Shown here piece after piece: positions 14,476-29,802 of a stretch of 64,000 nucleotides of DNA (position 1 is its first letter; each line of letters starts with the position of its first letter). The DNA lies in contig OZ024748.1 in the NCBI GenBank assembly GCA_964016885.1, positions 11,780,001-11,844,000 of the forward strand. Direction: 5' to 3'. The DNA is from Eledone cirrhosa (taxonomy: Eukaryota). Under the pieces are notes generated by a model. That model was given only the letters and a program-made list of their open reading frames with translations. It was not told the origin of the DNA and searched no databases. The position numbers were made by a program, and so were the translations under genes.

Positions 14476-15380
14476 GATCAGAATTGTACTGAAGGAGAGG
14501 ACAATAGACCAGGGGATGTCCAAGGAGGAAATAACAACAAGGAGAAAGAGCAGCCTTCATGAAAAATCCCTTCATAGTACCTTCTTTGAGAAAACTGAAT
14601 TCAGAGATCCACAGACATGGAACTGGTTGAAAAGAGGAGACCTTAAAAAGGCTACAGAAGGAATGCTAATGGCTGCGCAAGCGCAGGCCCTCAAAACGAA
14701 GTGGTTGAAACACCATATTTACAAGGAGGAGGCTAGCCCACTGCAGGATCTGTGGAGAGAGAGAGGAGACTGTGGCTCACATTGTATCCGAGTGTAAACA
14801 CCTAGCCCAGACTCACTATAAAGGCTGGAGACATGATGTGATCCACTGGCACCTATGCAAAGTAAACAATTTACCACATTCTGAGAAGTGGTATGAGCGT
14901 AAGCCAGAGTCGGTGATAGAAAACGATCAGGTGCAGGTGCTGTGGGATTTTAGGATACAGACGGACAAGAAACTGGAACACAATAGACCTGACCTGGTGA
15001 TTTTGGACAAGGAAAAAAGATCGTGCCTGATTGTGGATGTGGCCTGCCTATTCGACACGAGAGTGCAAGAGAGGGAGAGGGAGAAAATTAACCGATACCA
15101 GGACTTAAAGTGGGAGGTAAAAAGGATTTGGAACTGCCATGAAGTCAAAGTGGTCCCGATTGTCATAGGCGCACTAGGTACTATCTCAAAAAGTTTCCAG
15201 GGATGGTTTAAGAAAATTGGCCCCGCCACGCTTTTTGGAACGCTTCAAAAGGCATGCTTGCTGGGAACAGCAAGAACCCTCCGATACGTCCTGAATATCT
15301 GAGGCTGCAGGTAGTGGCTTGATATTCATTTCAACAAACTTTCCAGTTAACTAACATCAGTGACTGAGACTCAAAGAACA
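14476..15380 (+). mobile_element. 5'-truncated R4/Dong-like non-LTR retrotransposon (restriction-like endonuclease end), frameshifted
   Basis: CRICG...ETVAHIVSEC CCHC knuckle, RHD, LWDFRIQTD..HNRPDLV..D..IVDVA..EK..YQDL RLE motifs; frameshift near 14742; flanked by (AAT)n on both sides. Confidence 0.88.
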
Positions 15381-15588
15381 ATAATAATAATAATAATGAT
15401 AATAATAATGATAATAATAATAAACATGTACACACACACACACACGTACACGCTCACATACAAAACCTATAAAGACCATCTCATGCATAAACAAAACAAA
15501 AAAATTTCCGAAACCGTTTCAAATCATTTCACACATTTCCAATCAATACCTTTTAACGCCATCGATACCACCACGTTTTAATTATTCC

Positions 15589-15668
<80 letters not shown>

Positions 15669-16584
15669 CATACATATACATATTGATATACATATATTTG
15701 CATTGGTTTATTGTAAATTTTTAGTCTTTCTTTTCGCCTCACATTTTATAGAATTTTTATTTCATGGATTTTGTGTGTTTTTTTATTATATTGTGTTTTA
15801 TTTGTTTGGATTTCTTTTTGTGTTTATTTCATGAAATGGTTAATGTTCCGCAAAAAGAATTTTCCTGAAAATTGTTTCGTCAAAATTGCGTTTCAAAATT
15901 GGCTCATCAAAAATTGTTTCTCAAAATTGACTCTTCAGTATTACTTCTAAAAATTGCTTTTTCAAAATATTTTGTTTGTATTTCTCACTGATACTTCATT
16001 TATCAAGCTATCAGTTGGATTTAAACTCGGGAAAAAATAATGCTACTTCGTTTAAACCACCCTACCAATCCTCCAGTAGGTACCTACTAGAAGTCGATAT
16101 GATCAACTAAATCTTTTGACTGTGATACCCACGCAGGATGCAGTCTAACGCCAGCAGATAATATAATAATAGCTTCTGATTTAGGCACAAAGCCAGGAAT
16201 TTGAAGGGGAGAGAAAATCGATTGAATCAACCCCAGTGCATTACTGGTACTTTATTTTATCGACCCTGTAAGGATGAAGAGCAAAACTAACCTCGATGGG
16301 ATTTGAACTCAGAACGTCAAAGATAGAATTCGTTGCTGCAAAGTATGGTGCCCGACGCTCTACTGATACTGCCAATCCACCAAAAAGAAAATATTTAGGT
16401 ATTTAAAAGAAAAAAACATGTGACGTCTGTTTGGTAGAAATGAGCTTATGGGTCATACATTCAATTAATAGATTGCACTCAGATTCCCTTAACTCTCTGT
16501 TGCTATCCAATTCTATTGTTCATCATAGCACTGTCCAGGTGATCCACCCTTAGTGTGCAAGTGTAGGCTCTATCTAATCTTCTT

Positions 16585-16930
16585 TCTATTTGTCGCTCAA
16601 CAACGCCAACATTTGACCATTATAGCCTGTACATTGTTCGCTCAATAATATCTACCACATTTGCCCCATTATGAGTCGTGATTTGGTCGCCCAATAACAT
16701 CAATATTTTCCCATTATGATCTGCCCATTTGTCGCTCAGTAACATCTACATTTTCGTATTATGAGCCGTACATTGTTCGCTCAGTATCGTCTACAATTAC
16801 CCATTATGACCTGTCCATTTGTCGCGCAATAACATCTACATTTTACCATTATGAGCTGTACATTCGTCGCTCAATATCATCTACAATTACCCATTATGAG
16901 CCAACGTCTACATTTATACATTTACCCATT
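16585..16930. repeat. degenerate ~42-bp minisatellite
   Basis: Recurrent ttgtcgctcaataacatctaca..cccattatgag. Confidence 0.8.
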
Positions 16931-17157
16931 TCGCTTCTACAATCCAGCAAATATGATTTTGTGGTGTTCCGTAACAAATAGTATCAAGTATACGTTTCTA
17001 TTTAATATGCAACAATGTGAAGGAGAAGAAAACAAAAACAAACTACCCTGAAGAGAGAGAAAAGGTTTTGCTGAAATTGAGCAACAAAACGTTATCTTAA
17101 AAACCACAAAGCCACACTATATAAATATGCTTTTATTCCGTTATATAAAGAGCCACG

Positions 17158-17311
<154 letters not shown>

Positions 17312-17324
17312 GTGTGTCTGTGTG

Positions 17325-17359
<35 letters not shown>

Positions 17360-17376
17360 ATATATATGTGCGTGTG

Positions 17377-17417
<41 letters not shown>

Positions 17418-17627
17418 GCACACACAATTGATAGTTGAAATAGCTTTCGGTTTTACACAAACCACTTCATTATTTCCTTAGATTTGCTAACTTCATATAT
17501 AATATATAATGTATGTGTGCGTGTGTGCATGCGTGTGTGCGTGAGTACGTTTGTGTACGTGTATATATATACATATGTGTGTGTGGGTGTGTAGGTATAT
17601 ATATATGTATTATAGTATGTATGTATA

Positions 17628-17681
<54 letters not shown>

Positions 17682-17698
17682 AATATGAATATATGTGC

Positions 17699-17771
<73 letters not shown>

Positions 17772-17994
17772 TGTATGCGTGCATGTGTGTGCACGCCGTT
17801 TATTGTATATCTTTTTTAAAAAATAATTCCTGCTATTATTTTTAATAGCTCTAATAAAACATAATACCATATTCCTATATTGTTCGCCATTTGTTTTCTA
17901 ATGCAATTGTTGTTTTTGTTGTTGTAATTATTATTGTTGTAATTATTACTGTTTATATCGATGTTGTTATTGTTGTTGTAGTTATTTTATTATC

Positions 17995-18025
<31 letters not shown>

Positions 18026-18181
18026 CTTTGAGAATCTTTCGTTTTCTTCTCTAACCCCACTACCCCTCCCCTCCTACCCATACCCCCACCCCACCACCAC
18101 CACCATCGCTGTTTGCTTCTATGATGTTAAACTTCGTTTCCCTTGTTTTCTGTGTTTGTACCAACTTTGGGGAAATATATG

Positions 18182-18227
<46 letters not shown>

Positions 18228-18263
18228 TATATATATATATATATATATAGATGTATATATGTA

Positions 18264-18294
<31 letters not shown>

Positions 18295-18372
18295 ATATAT
18301 ATATAAATATATGTATATATGTATATATATATCTATATATGTATATATGTATATAATAGAAAAACGAGGAAG

Positions 18373-18437
<65 letters not shown>

Positions 18438-18565
18438 GTATATGTATATACGTATATATATATAGATGTATATATATATATATATATGTACATATATATA
18501 TATGTATATGTATATATGTATATATATATCTATATATGTATATATATAATAGAAAAAACGAGGAA

Positions 18566-18613
<48 letters not shown>

Positions 18614-18779
18614 ATGTATTGAGGGGGAGTAGAGAGAGGGGGGGTGACGTCTGTAGCTGTATAATATAGCTAAACATTACAGAGGTAATTTTATCTCTTT
18701 TAATCCGGACGTTTTAAAGCGGCTCATCAAAGGAATAGCATGAGCAATATATAAATAATAATTCTAACCGAAATATCAG

Positions 18780-20200
18780 CGCCACCACAACCACCATTAA
18801 CACCAACACCAACACCACTACCACCACTACCAGCACCACAACCACCAGCACCAACCACCACTACCAGCGCTACCATCACACCCTTCAAAACACCACTACC
18901 AGCGCTACCATCACAACCACCATTAACACCAACACCAACACCACTACCAACACTACCAGCATCAACCACCACTACCAGCACTACCATCACAACTACCATA
19001 CCATTACCAGCACTACCACGACCACCGACACCAGCACCACTACCAGCACTACCATCACAACTACCACTAACGCCAACACCAGCACCACCACTAACACCAA
19101 CACCAGCATCACTACCATCACAACCACCACTACCACTACTACCACCGACATCAGCACCAGCATCACTACCACCACTACCATCACAGCCACCACTACCACC
19201 GACACCAGCAACAGCATCACTACCACCACCAACACCACTACCACCACTACCAGCACCACTACCACCACTATCACCAACACCAGCACCACTTCGACCACTA
19301 TCACCAACACCAGCACCACTTCCACCACTACCACCAACACCAGCACCACCAACACCACTACCATCACTACCAGCACCACCAGCACCTTTACTAACACCAA
19401 CACCAGCACCACAACCACCACTACCATCACAACCACCACTACCACTACTACCAACACTACCACTACTGCCAACACTACCATCATTACCACCACGTCCAGC
19501 ACCACTTACATCACAACCACCACTACCACTACTACCAACACTACCACTACTGCCAACACTACCACCACTACCATCACAACCACCACTACCACTACTACCA
19601 ACACTACCACCACTACCATCACAACCACCACTACCACTACTACCAACACTACCATTACTGCCAACACTACCACCACTACCATCACAACCACCACTACCAC
19701 TACTACCAACACAACCACCACTACCATCACAACCACCACTACCACTACTACCACCACTACCAACACTACCAACACTACCATCACAACCACCACTACCACT
19801 ACTGCCAACACTACCACTACTACCATCACAACCACCACTACCACTACTACCAACACTACCACCACTACCATCACAACCACCACTACCACTACTGCCAACA
19901 CTACCACTACTACCATCACAACCACCACTACCACTACTACCAACACTACCACCACTACCATCACAACCACCACTACCACTACTACCAACACTACCATCAT
20001 TACCACCACGTCCAGCACCACTTACATCACAACCACCACTAACACCAACATCACTACCACCACTACCTGCATCGCAATTAGCCCTACCGCCACTACCACC
20101 AACACCAACACCATCAACAACACACATACCAGCATCACCACAACCAAGAACAACAACATCACTACAGCAACACCACCACCACCACCTCCAACAACTCCAC
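18780..20200. repeat. compound (ACC/ACT/CCA)n repeat with higher-order units
   Basis: accaccactaccatcacaaccaccactaccactact reiterated. Confidence 0.9.
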
Positions 20201-20265
20201 TATTACTACTCTATATTTTTGACATTTTTCAAATGACCACCATTTTGAATGTGTTGCAAACATAA

Positions 20266-20398
20266 AGAAGAAGAAGAAGAAGAAGAAGAAGAAGAAGAAG
20301 AAGAAGAAGAAGAAGAAGAAGAAGAAGAAGAAGAAGAAGAAGAAGAAGAAGAAGAAGAAGAAGAAGAAGAAGAAGAAGAAGAAGAAGAAGAAGAAGAA
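20266..20398. repeat. pure (GAA)n microsatellite, representative of dozens of (TA)n, (CA)n, (GA)n, (AAT)n, (GAT)n and (TAG)n tracts
   Basis: Directly visible. Confidence 0.98.
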
Positions 20399-20759
20399 TT
20401 CGCTGTTTCTGTTTTGTTTTTGTTAGTAACTTTTTTTTTATCTCTAGAAGAAAAAGATAGACAGATAGATAGGTAGGTAGAAAGAGAAAGATAGATAAAT
20501 AGATAGACAGACAGATAGATAGCTAGAAAGACAGGTACATACATACATACATACATACATACATACATACATACATACATACATACATACATACATACAT
20601 ACATACATACATAATGTAAAAACAGATTGTAAAAATTAACTGTTATGGTTTGGCTGTTTTAAAGGTTTCTTCATAGTGCTGTTATTACAATTGAGCAAAG
20701 CAAACAATAAAATATATTTTAATATCGTTGGTTTTGTGTAAATGTTATGTTGTACTGTA

Positions 20760-20861
<102 letters not shown>

Positions 20862-20925
20862 GAAAAAGAGACGTATACAGAGATATATATATAAAGAGAG
20901 AGAGCAAAAAAATATATATATATAT

Positions 20926-21016
<91 letters not shown>

Positions 21017-21081
21017 GTATATAGAGATAGATATATAAAGAGAGAGAGCAAAAAAATATAGAGAAAAATATATATATATAT

Positions 21082-21128
<47 letters not shown>

Positions 21129-21140
21129 GGGGGGGGGCGA

Positions 21141-21222
<82 letters not shown>

Positions 21223-21594
21223 GTTTGTATATTGTTGTTAAACTAACACAGACACTTTACATACACTAACACACACATTACCACAAACATTAGCACACAC
21301 ATTAATAGAAACAATATAAGTACATTAATACATACAGTAACACATAGACTACCACATACACTTTACATACATTAATAGATACACAAGATATACATTACCA
21401 TATAACAATATAAGACATACTATAACAATATAACACAGCAAGAACATGGCCAATAATATTGTTTTCACAACACAAGAGAGTTCCGTTACAGATGTAGAAT
21501 ATAGAAAAGTATATCTACAATACACGTGTATGTGTGTACACATATACATATATATACATAAATATAAATATATATATAGATAATACATGTGTAC

Positions 21595-21642
<48 letters not shown>

Positions 21643-21709
21643 ACTTACAGATAGATTCCCATAGATAATTGAGACATATATGCACTTATGTATGTTTGAA
21701 CGAAAAAAG

Positions 21710-21740
<31 letters not shown>

Positions 21741-21741
<1 letters not shown>

Positions 21742-21925
21742 ATTGTTTCTACTTTTGGCACAAGGCCAGCAATTAACCAGTGTATTACTGGTACTTTATT
21801 TTATCGACCCCGTAAGGATGAAAGGCAAAGTTAACCTCGGCGGGATTTGAACTCAGAATGGCAAGGGACATAACTCTATGCGTCAAAGCATGGCGTCCGA
21901 CCCTCTACCGATACTGCCAATCCAC
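21741..21925 (-). mobile_element. SINE family A
   Basis: Near full-length copy. Confidence 0.9.
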
Positions 21926-21948
21926 ATATATTATATATATATGTGTAT

Positions 21949-22680
21949 GTCTCAGACCCGTACAGCAGCACAGACTCCACTAAAGCAATGAAGAGGCGGA
22001 TCTTCAGGTCCTCACGAAGATCCGACTTCCACACCGATCTCAAGCTGTGGCACGCCGCACAGGCTTTGCTCTTCCTCTCAACCTCATCATCTTCTGTATT
22101 CCCAATCTTTGTTCCCAAATACAGGAAGTCCTCAACCAATTCTAGCGGCTTCCCGCCTACATTAGTGATCCCCTCTGGCTTCTCAACATTCTCTACCAGA
22201 TATTTTGTTTTAGTCTCATTCATTCTCAGCCCCACACTCATCGACACAGTCTTGCTGTAGTGGAGTCTGTGCTGCTGTACGGGTCTGAGACTTGGACAAT
22301 GACCAAGAAACTCACTCAGATGGTGGATGGGTGCTACACGAGAATGCTGAGGATGGCTCTGAACATTAATCAGTATACACTGAGGGTGAAAAACTCAGAG
22401 CTGTATGGGAGCATCCCAAAAGTCAGCTCAAAAGTGACACAGAGGAGACTGAGGTTAGCTGGACATGCTCACCGACATCCAGAGTTGACATTGCACTCAG
22501 TGCTCCTTTGGGAGCCCCTACATGGACACACTGGAAGAGGAAGACCAAGGTTAACGTATGTCGATGCCCTAAGCACAGACACTGGTCTGTTGGAGACGCA
22601 GAACATGGCAGCGATAATGAGGGACAGAGACCGCTGGAGAGAACTCGACTATGGATCTCGGGAATTTTACCAGCCCTAGA
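21949..22680 (+). mobile_element. RTE-clade LINE 3' portion with inverted 5' segment
   Basis: Minus 21949-22257 encodes GLRMNETKTKY..VEDFLYLG..VESVLLYGSET; plus 22258-22679 continues VESVLLYGSETWT..RRLRLAGH..GRGRP. Confidence 0.9.
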
Positions 22681-22933
22681 AAATTGGTGTATGTGTATAG
22701 CAATTTGATAACTATGGTATAAGTGGGAGGTGTGTGGAATACAGAATTTAATCATGTGATCTGGTGAAAGTATGCTACAATATCTGGAGGAACAGATGAA
22801 CTGTACAGGTAGGTAGGATAGCTGATAAAGGAAATATGTATTATGTGTTGTTACATTGGTGGTGGTGATAGTGGTAGTAGTGATAGTAGACGGCGTGATG
22901 GTAATTGTGGTGGTGTTGGTGATGTTGATAGTG

Positions 22934-22965
<32 letters not shown>

Positions 22966-22982
22966 CTATATATATATATATA

Positions 22983-23033
<51 letters not shown>

Positions 23034-23169
23034 ATATATATATATACATACACACACATATATATATCTTTGTGTATATGTGTGTATGAGAGAGAGATAG
23101 AAAGAAAGAGAGATAGGAAGAGAGAAAGAAAGAGAGAGTGAGAGAGAGAAGGAGACAAAGAAAGAGAGA

Positions 23170-23211
<42 letters not shown>

Positions 23212-23914
23212 AGACAAAGAAAGAGAGAAGTGAGAGAGAGAGAGAAAGAGAGAGAGATAGAGTATACATGTGCACAGGTAGATAAATGAATAAATACATA
23301 AATAAAGGTAATAATGATAAGTACCAAAGTTTTGTTGAAAGACGTGTTTTAAGAGAAAATATAACTTTGTCAAATATGTCAGATTCTTCTCCTCAAAGAC
23401 TTCTGCAGAGTTCAATGAAGCGTAAAGAATAAATTTCAGTTAAAATTGTGGAAAATATCCTTCATTTAGACTCACGGTCTTTCATTTTAATCAATTCATG
23501 CGAATAATTGAACATTTTAATCTGACAAAACCGTCGAGAAAATATCAAAATATTTTTCAAATTAATTTAATTTCCTCTTTTGTTTTTGTTTTGCTCTTCT
23601 GCTGTTGTTGTTGTTGTTGTTTTGTTTTTTGTTGTTATTGTTTTTTCCTAAATGGCAGCTATCACTTTTAAATAATGCCATCTGTAGAATGGACTGACGT
23701 CACCTTAGGACACACTAACGAATAAATATGGCTTCGTCCATCAACACACACATACTCTCTCTCTTTCTCTTTCTCTTCTTTTCTCTCTCTCTCTCTATAT
23801 CTATCTCTCTCTCCTTCTCTCTCTCTCTCTCTCTGTAATGTCCTCTGTAGAATGGACTGACGCCACCTTAGGGCACACTATCGAATAAAAATGGCCTGTC
23901 CATCAACACACACA

Positions 23915-23961
<47 letters not shown>

Positions 23962-26900
23962 GTTAGATGGATGTATAACGGTTTCTGATTTATGCAGATG
24001 GCTAACAATTGTGAGTGAAGGGAAAATCAATTAAATCGTTCCCAACACATTACTGGTACTTCATTTTATCAACTTAGTAAGGATGAAAGACAAAGCTAAC
24101 CTCGGCAGGAGTTCAACTCGGAACGTAAAGGAACGTAACTATATGCCACAAAGCATGTCCGACGCTCTACCGATTACTGCCAATCCACCTTACTATATGA
24201 ATGGATGCATTATACCTTGAGTTACCTCGCTCGCTTCAGTTTGATAAAATTATCTTGCTACTTCTAATTTGGCACATCAAATTTCGGGTCCAGCCTTTGA
24301 ATACCTACCTTCAGAATAATCTAGAAACTTTCGTTTTCGGTCACATGACAGCAGATTAGAAAACTACCTGAAAACCTTCGACTAGTTCATAAAATATTAA
24401 TACCCCCCCCCCCCCCCCCATTCCCATCCCGAATCCACAGCAGATAGGAAAAATAGTCAAAAACTAGTTGATAAAAATATTAATACCCCTCTTTCCTGAA
24501 TCCACAGCAAATTAGAAAATTAACCAAAAACCATAAACTAGTTGAGAAAAGCAAAGAAAACTGCATATAAATAAATATCTCTTTATTTACACTTTTCAAA
24601 TTAGACTGACTGTGTTTTTTAAACCTTCTGATTTTACTCTCGCGCACATTTTTGCTATATCTAACAAAACCAGCCAAAAATCAAAATATCTTCAATTTAA
24701 TTTCTGCTTTTATTTTTCCTAAATGTCAATTTTCTCTTTTAAATAATGTCATCCATTAAATTTCCAATAATTTTTAACGAACTGAATAAAAACACAAAGA
24801 TAACTTTTTTTTACTGGCAACCAATCATACGTAAATAATTCCCAATACACTTCTTGATTTTCAATGTCAAGGTCATCGATATCTCGTCAGAATACAAATT
24901 AGGAGAAACAAATTAATGAGAGAGCATTTACAACCTGCTAGATGGCATGTCATGGTCCCGTAACTCTTGAGGGAGTTGTTGGGGCGCCATATTGACATAC
25001 GGCGTTTCTATGGCATCATTTAAACATGGCAGAGCCCATCTACTCTCCAGGTCTGAATACAGAAGATATCTTCCTGAGAAGGATTAGAGAGTGAAAGAAA
25101 GGAAGTGAGAAAGAGGTATAGAAGAAGAATCGACCCCAGTATTAGACTGATACTTTTTTATTGACCTTGAATGGATGAAATGCAAAGTTGACTTCGGCGG
25201 GATTTGAACTCAGAGAGCAGAGAACGGAAACGAATACTGCAAGGCATTCTATCCGACGTTCTAACGACTCTGCCAATTCGCCGCCTGATCTGCTAGATAA
25301 AAAAGTCAAATTCTTTTCAAATCGCACCGCCACCGTATTGACAGAGAACACATTAGCTAATGTAGTCCTAAGTATGTAAGAAGACAGGATGATCATGGCT
25401 TAAATGCCTTTGAGCATAAAAAAGAAGGAAGAATTGAAGGAATGGTCGATCTAGAAGATCTCAGACTTCATTTGGTTACTGAGTGAAGTGGAACTTGTCA
25501 GAGTGGACCAAGTAAACAATGTTTCTATTGATCTTCCAATTATTGATACTATCTACTGGTTACAACTCCTGACAGAAGGAGCAAGGTAAAATAAAGTGAC
25601 TTGCTCAAGAACATAATACATCGCTGGGTCCGGGAATCAAACTCGCAACCCCACGAATGCGAATCCAATTCTCTAACCACTAAGCCACACTCCTTCCCTA
25701 AAAATAAAACAAAGACCTTTACTTTTGAACTATTAGTTATACGATGGGCTTGAGCTTCTACATTGATTCCGTCTACCGAATTCTACTTTACAATTCATTG
25801 ATTGGTCAAACATGACCAACTCTAATCCATTCACAGGCTATATTGACTATGGATGGGATCCACATTACACGAATAAGTGAAATGAAAAATGTTTCAACTA
25901 AAAATCAAACTTGTGTTCGTAGTTTTGGTTCGCTGAGTGCTTAACCCTTTACAATCCAACAACATAAAAGCCATTATGCTCGACATAAAAGTCATTCTAC
26001 CTAAAATTATTCGTCGACACAAAAGCGATATTGTTCAACTGGCTTTTTGTTCTTTTGTTTTAGATTTTTGATTTTTGTATTTTCGTATTTTTAAGGTGTT
26101 TTTATGTGTTTTAATGTGTGTTTTTTATGTTACATTTAATGGGGTCTTTTTTTTGTTGATTTATTTTTCTAATCAATTGAACTATTAAGAAATAAAATGC
26201 ATTTGGCATCGCAACAGTTTGTGGAATGGTGATGTAATGGAAAGAAAATGACAAAGAGGTGGTGGTGGTGGTGGTGGTGGTTATGGTGGTGCTGATGGTG
26301 GTGGTGGTAGTGATGGTGGTGTCGACAGTGGTGGTGGTGGTGGAGATGGGAGTGGTGTCGGTGGTGGTAGTGTTAATGGTGGTAGGTGGTGGTGGTGATG
26401 GTGGGGTTAATGGTGGTAATGTTGGTGGTGGTGATGGTGGTGATGTCGATGGTGGTGGTGCTGGTAGTGATGTCGATGTTGGTGGTGATGGTGTCTATGG
26501 TGGTGTTGGAGGTGATGGTGGTAGTGGTCGATGGTGGTGGTGGTTCTGGTGATGTGAATGGTAGTGGTACTGGTGGTGGTGGTGGTGGTGTGGTGATGGT
26601 GTGGTGATGGTGTCAATGGTGGTGGTGTCGGAAAGAAGAGAAACAAAGAGTTAAAAGAGAAGATGGAGGAAAATCTTTGAAATTGCAAAAAGAATGAAAG
26701 AATTCTGGGAGAGAAAGACTCTTAGAAGTAATATGGTTGGTAGAGAGGGGGGAGGAGAGAGGGGGCGAGGGGGACGGGGGGTTGGAGAGAGGAGTGGGAG
26801 GAGAGAAAGAGGTTTGTTGATAGAGGGGGAGAGGGGTGGGAAGATAGAGGTGAGGGAGAGAGAGCTGCGGAAAGAGAGGGTTGTAAGAGGAAGGGAGAGA

Positions 26901-27053
26901 TGGAGAGGAAGGTGGCGAGAGACAGGAGAGAGGAGAGAGACAGATGTGGAAAGAGGAAGGGAGAGTTAGCGAGAGTGGTGTGGGGAGAGAGAGACAGTGG
27001 AGAAAGGGGTGTGGAGAGAGAGAGACAGTGGAGAAAGGGGTGTGGAGAGAGAC

Positions 27054-27110
<57 letters not shown>

Positions 27111-27604
27111 AGAGAGAGGTGTGGAGAGAGAGAGAGAGAGAGGGGAGAGAGAGGTGTGGAGAGAGAGAGATAGACAGGGAGAGAGAGAGAGACAGGGAGA
27201 GAGAGAGAGAGACAGGGAGAGAGAGAGAGAGGTGTGGAGAGAGAGTGAGACAGGGGAGAGAGAGGTGTGGAAGGGAGGTGAAGCACAAAAAAAAAGAGAG
27301 ATGAAAGAGTTGACGATAGAAGGGGGGGGGGGGGTCAAAGGGGAGTGGGAATGAAAGATGAATAGAATTAGATAGGTTGATAGTGATAGAGTAAAATATA
27401 AAAGAAGAGAACAGAAAGAGAAATAGAGAGAGAGACAAATAGAAGGAGAAAGAGAGGCGGGTTACTTGGTGGTGAAAAGAATAAAGAGAAAGACAGATAA
27501 AGGGGTGTAGGCAGAGGAAGAGATAGAGATAGAGGTAAAGAATAAGGGAGAGAAAAGAAGAGAGAGACCAATTGAAGGAGAGAGAGGAGGGGGTGTAGAG
27601 AGAA

Positions 27605-28190
27605 TGACAGTTAATGGGGAGTATGTAGAGTAAGAGATAGAGAGAGAGAGGGGTAAAGAATAAGAGAGAGAGAAAAGGAGAGAGAGGGGAAGAGATGTAG
27701 CGAGTTAGACAGTTAAAGGGGAGTAGGCAGAGTAAGAGATAGAGAGAGAGAGGGGTAAAGAATAAGGGAGAGAAAAGGAGAGAGAGGGGAAGAGATGTAG
27801 CGAGTTAGACAGTTAAAGGGGAGTAGGCAGAGTAAGAGATAGAGAGAGAGAGGGGTAAAGAATAAGAGAGAGAGAAAAGGAGAGAGAGGGGAAGAGATGT
27901 AGCGAGTTAGACAGTTAAAGGGGAGTAGGCAGAGTAAGAGATAGAGAGAGAGAGGGGTAAAGAATAAGGGAGAGAAAAGAAGAGAGAGGGGAAGAGATGT
28001 AGCGAGTTAGACAGTTAAAGGGGAGTAGGCAGAGTAAGAGATAGAGAGAGAGAGGGGTAAAGAATAAGAGAGAGAGAAAAGGAGAGAGAGGGGAAGAGAT
28101 GTAGCGAGTTAGACAGTTAAAGGGGAGTAGGCAGAGTAAGAGATAGAGAGAGAGAGGGGTAAAGAATAAGGGAGAGAAAAGAAGAGAGAA
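27605..28190. repeat. ~100-102-bp purine-rich tandem repeat, about 6 copies
   Basis: cagttaaaggggagtaggcagagtaagagat..gatgtagcgagttaga. Confidence 0.93.
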
Positions 28191-28551
28191 CACACGAAAG
28201 AATTAACACAGTGAAGAGGGGGAGGGGGAGGAGTAGAATAAAGAAAGTATGAGGAGCAAAAATAATGTGTGTGTGTGAGTTTATATGTATATGACTATAT
28301 GTACATATATGTGTGTGTGTAGGTGTGTGTGTATGTATATGCGTATATATGCATATATGTGTGTATTTATATGTATATATGTGCATATAATATAATATAT
28401 ATATATATATAAATGTGTCTGTATGTGTTTACATGTATATGGGGAGGGGGGGGTATATGTGCATATATATGTGTGTATGTGTGTCTGAGTGTATGTCTGT
28501 GCGGGCGCGCGCGCGTGCAAATAGCGTGGATGTATATATATATATATACAG

Positions 28552-28638
<87 letters not shown>

Positions 28639-28670
28639 TATGCATATAATATATATATATATATATATAT

Positions 28671-28807
<137 letters not shown>

Positions 28808-29248
28808 TGTGCATATAATATATATATATATATATATGTGCATATAATATATATAGTATATATATATATATATATACAGTATACTATACAGTATATATAT
28901 ATATATATTATATGCACATGTGCGTAAATTTATATGTATGTATATGTGAAGAGAAGGAAAACGAGTACAAAATGAGTGTAAATGTAAAAATAGAAGTTTA
29001 ATAATGTTTAGAAAGGTTAAACATTCTAAATAAAGTGACAAAAGGTTGTTAAGTCGTTAACGGTTTCAAAGTTGAGTTAAAGTGAAGATCACATTACACT
29101 GTATGGGTTTTACTGGTGTAAAGTAATTTTATAACTAGTAACATATTTGGTTCCCTCCATCTCTCTCTCTATATCTCTCTCTCTATCTCTCTATGTATGT
29201 ATATATATATATAATGTATATATATATATAAATATATATGTATATATG

Positions 29249-29294
<46 letters not shown>

Positions 29295-29419
29295 GTATAT
29301 ATATAAATATATATATATGTATATATATATATTTTTAGAAAAAAAAAAAATATATATATATATATATACATATGTATATATATACATATGTATATATATA
29401 TATATATGTATATATATAA

Positions 29420-29550
<131 letters not shown>

Positions 29551-29701
29551 ATCGGAGAAAGCTAAAAGCGATATATATATAAATTAGAATTGGTGCTCTG
29601 AAATATATATATATATGTATATATAAAAATATATATATATGTGTATATATATATATAGAGATTTTGAGTTTATGTTATATATATATATATATATATATAT
29701 G

Positions 29702-29802
29702 CAGGGTGTTCCAAGAAAATGTAAACATACTTTGGTTATCTGTACAAGCAATATTTATTAGAATGCTGTTGAAGTATGTATATATTTTTATGTGACACCC
29801 TG
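29702..29802. mobile_element. Tc1/mariner-like MITE (CAGGGTG...CACCCTG)
   Basis: Terminal inverted repeats within a TA/TG tract; relative at 30675-31399. Confidence 0.65.

Noticed and set aside
18727-20127. 466-aa Gly/Ser/Cys-rich ORF with a hydrophobic C-terminus, resembling a structural protein
   Set aside because: It lies wholly in an ACC/ACT compound microsatellite that is open in several frames; no signal peptide or clear splice context.
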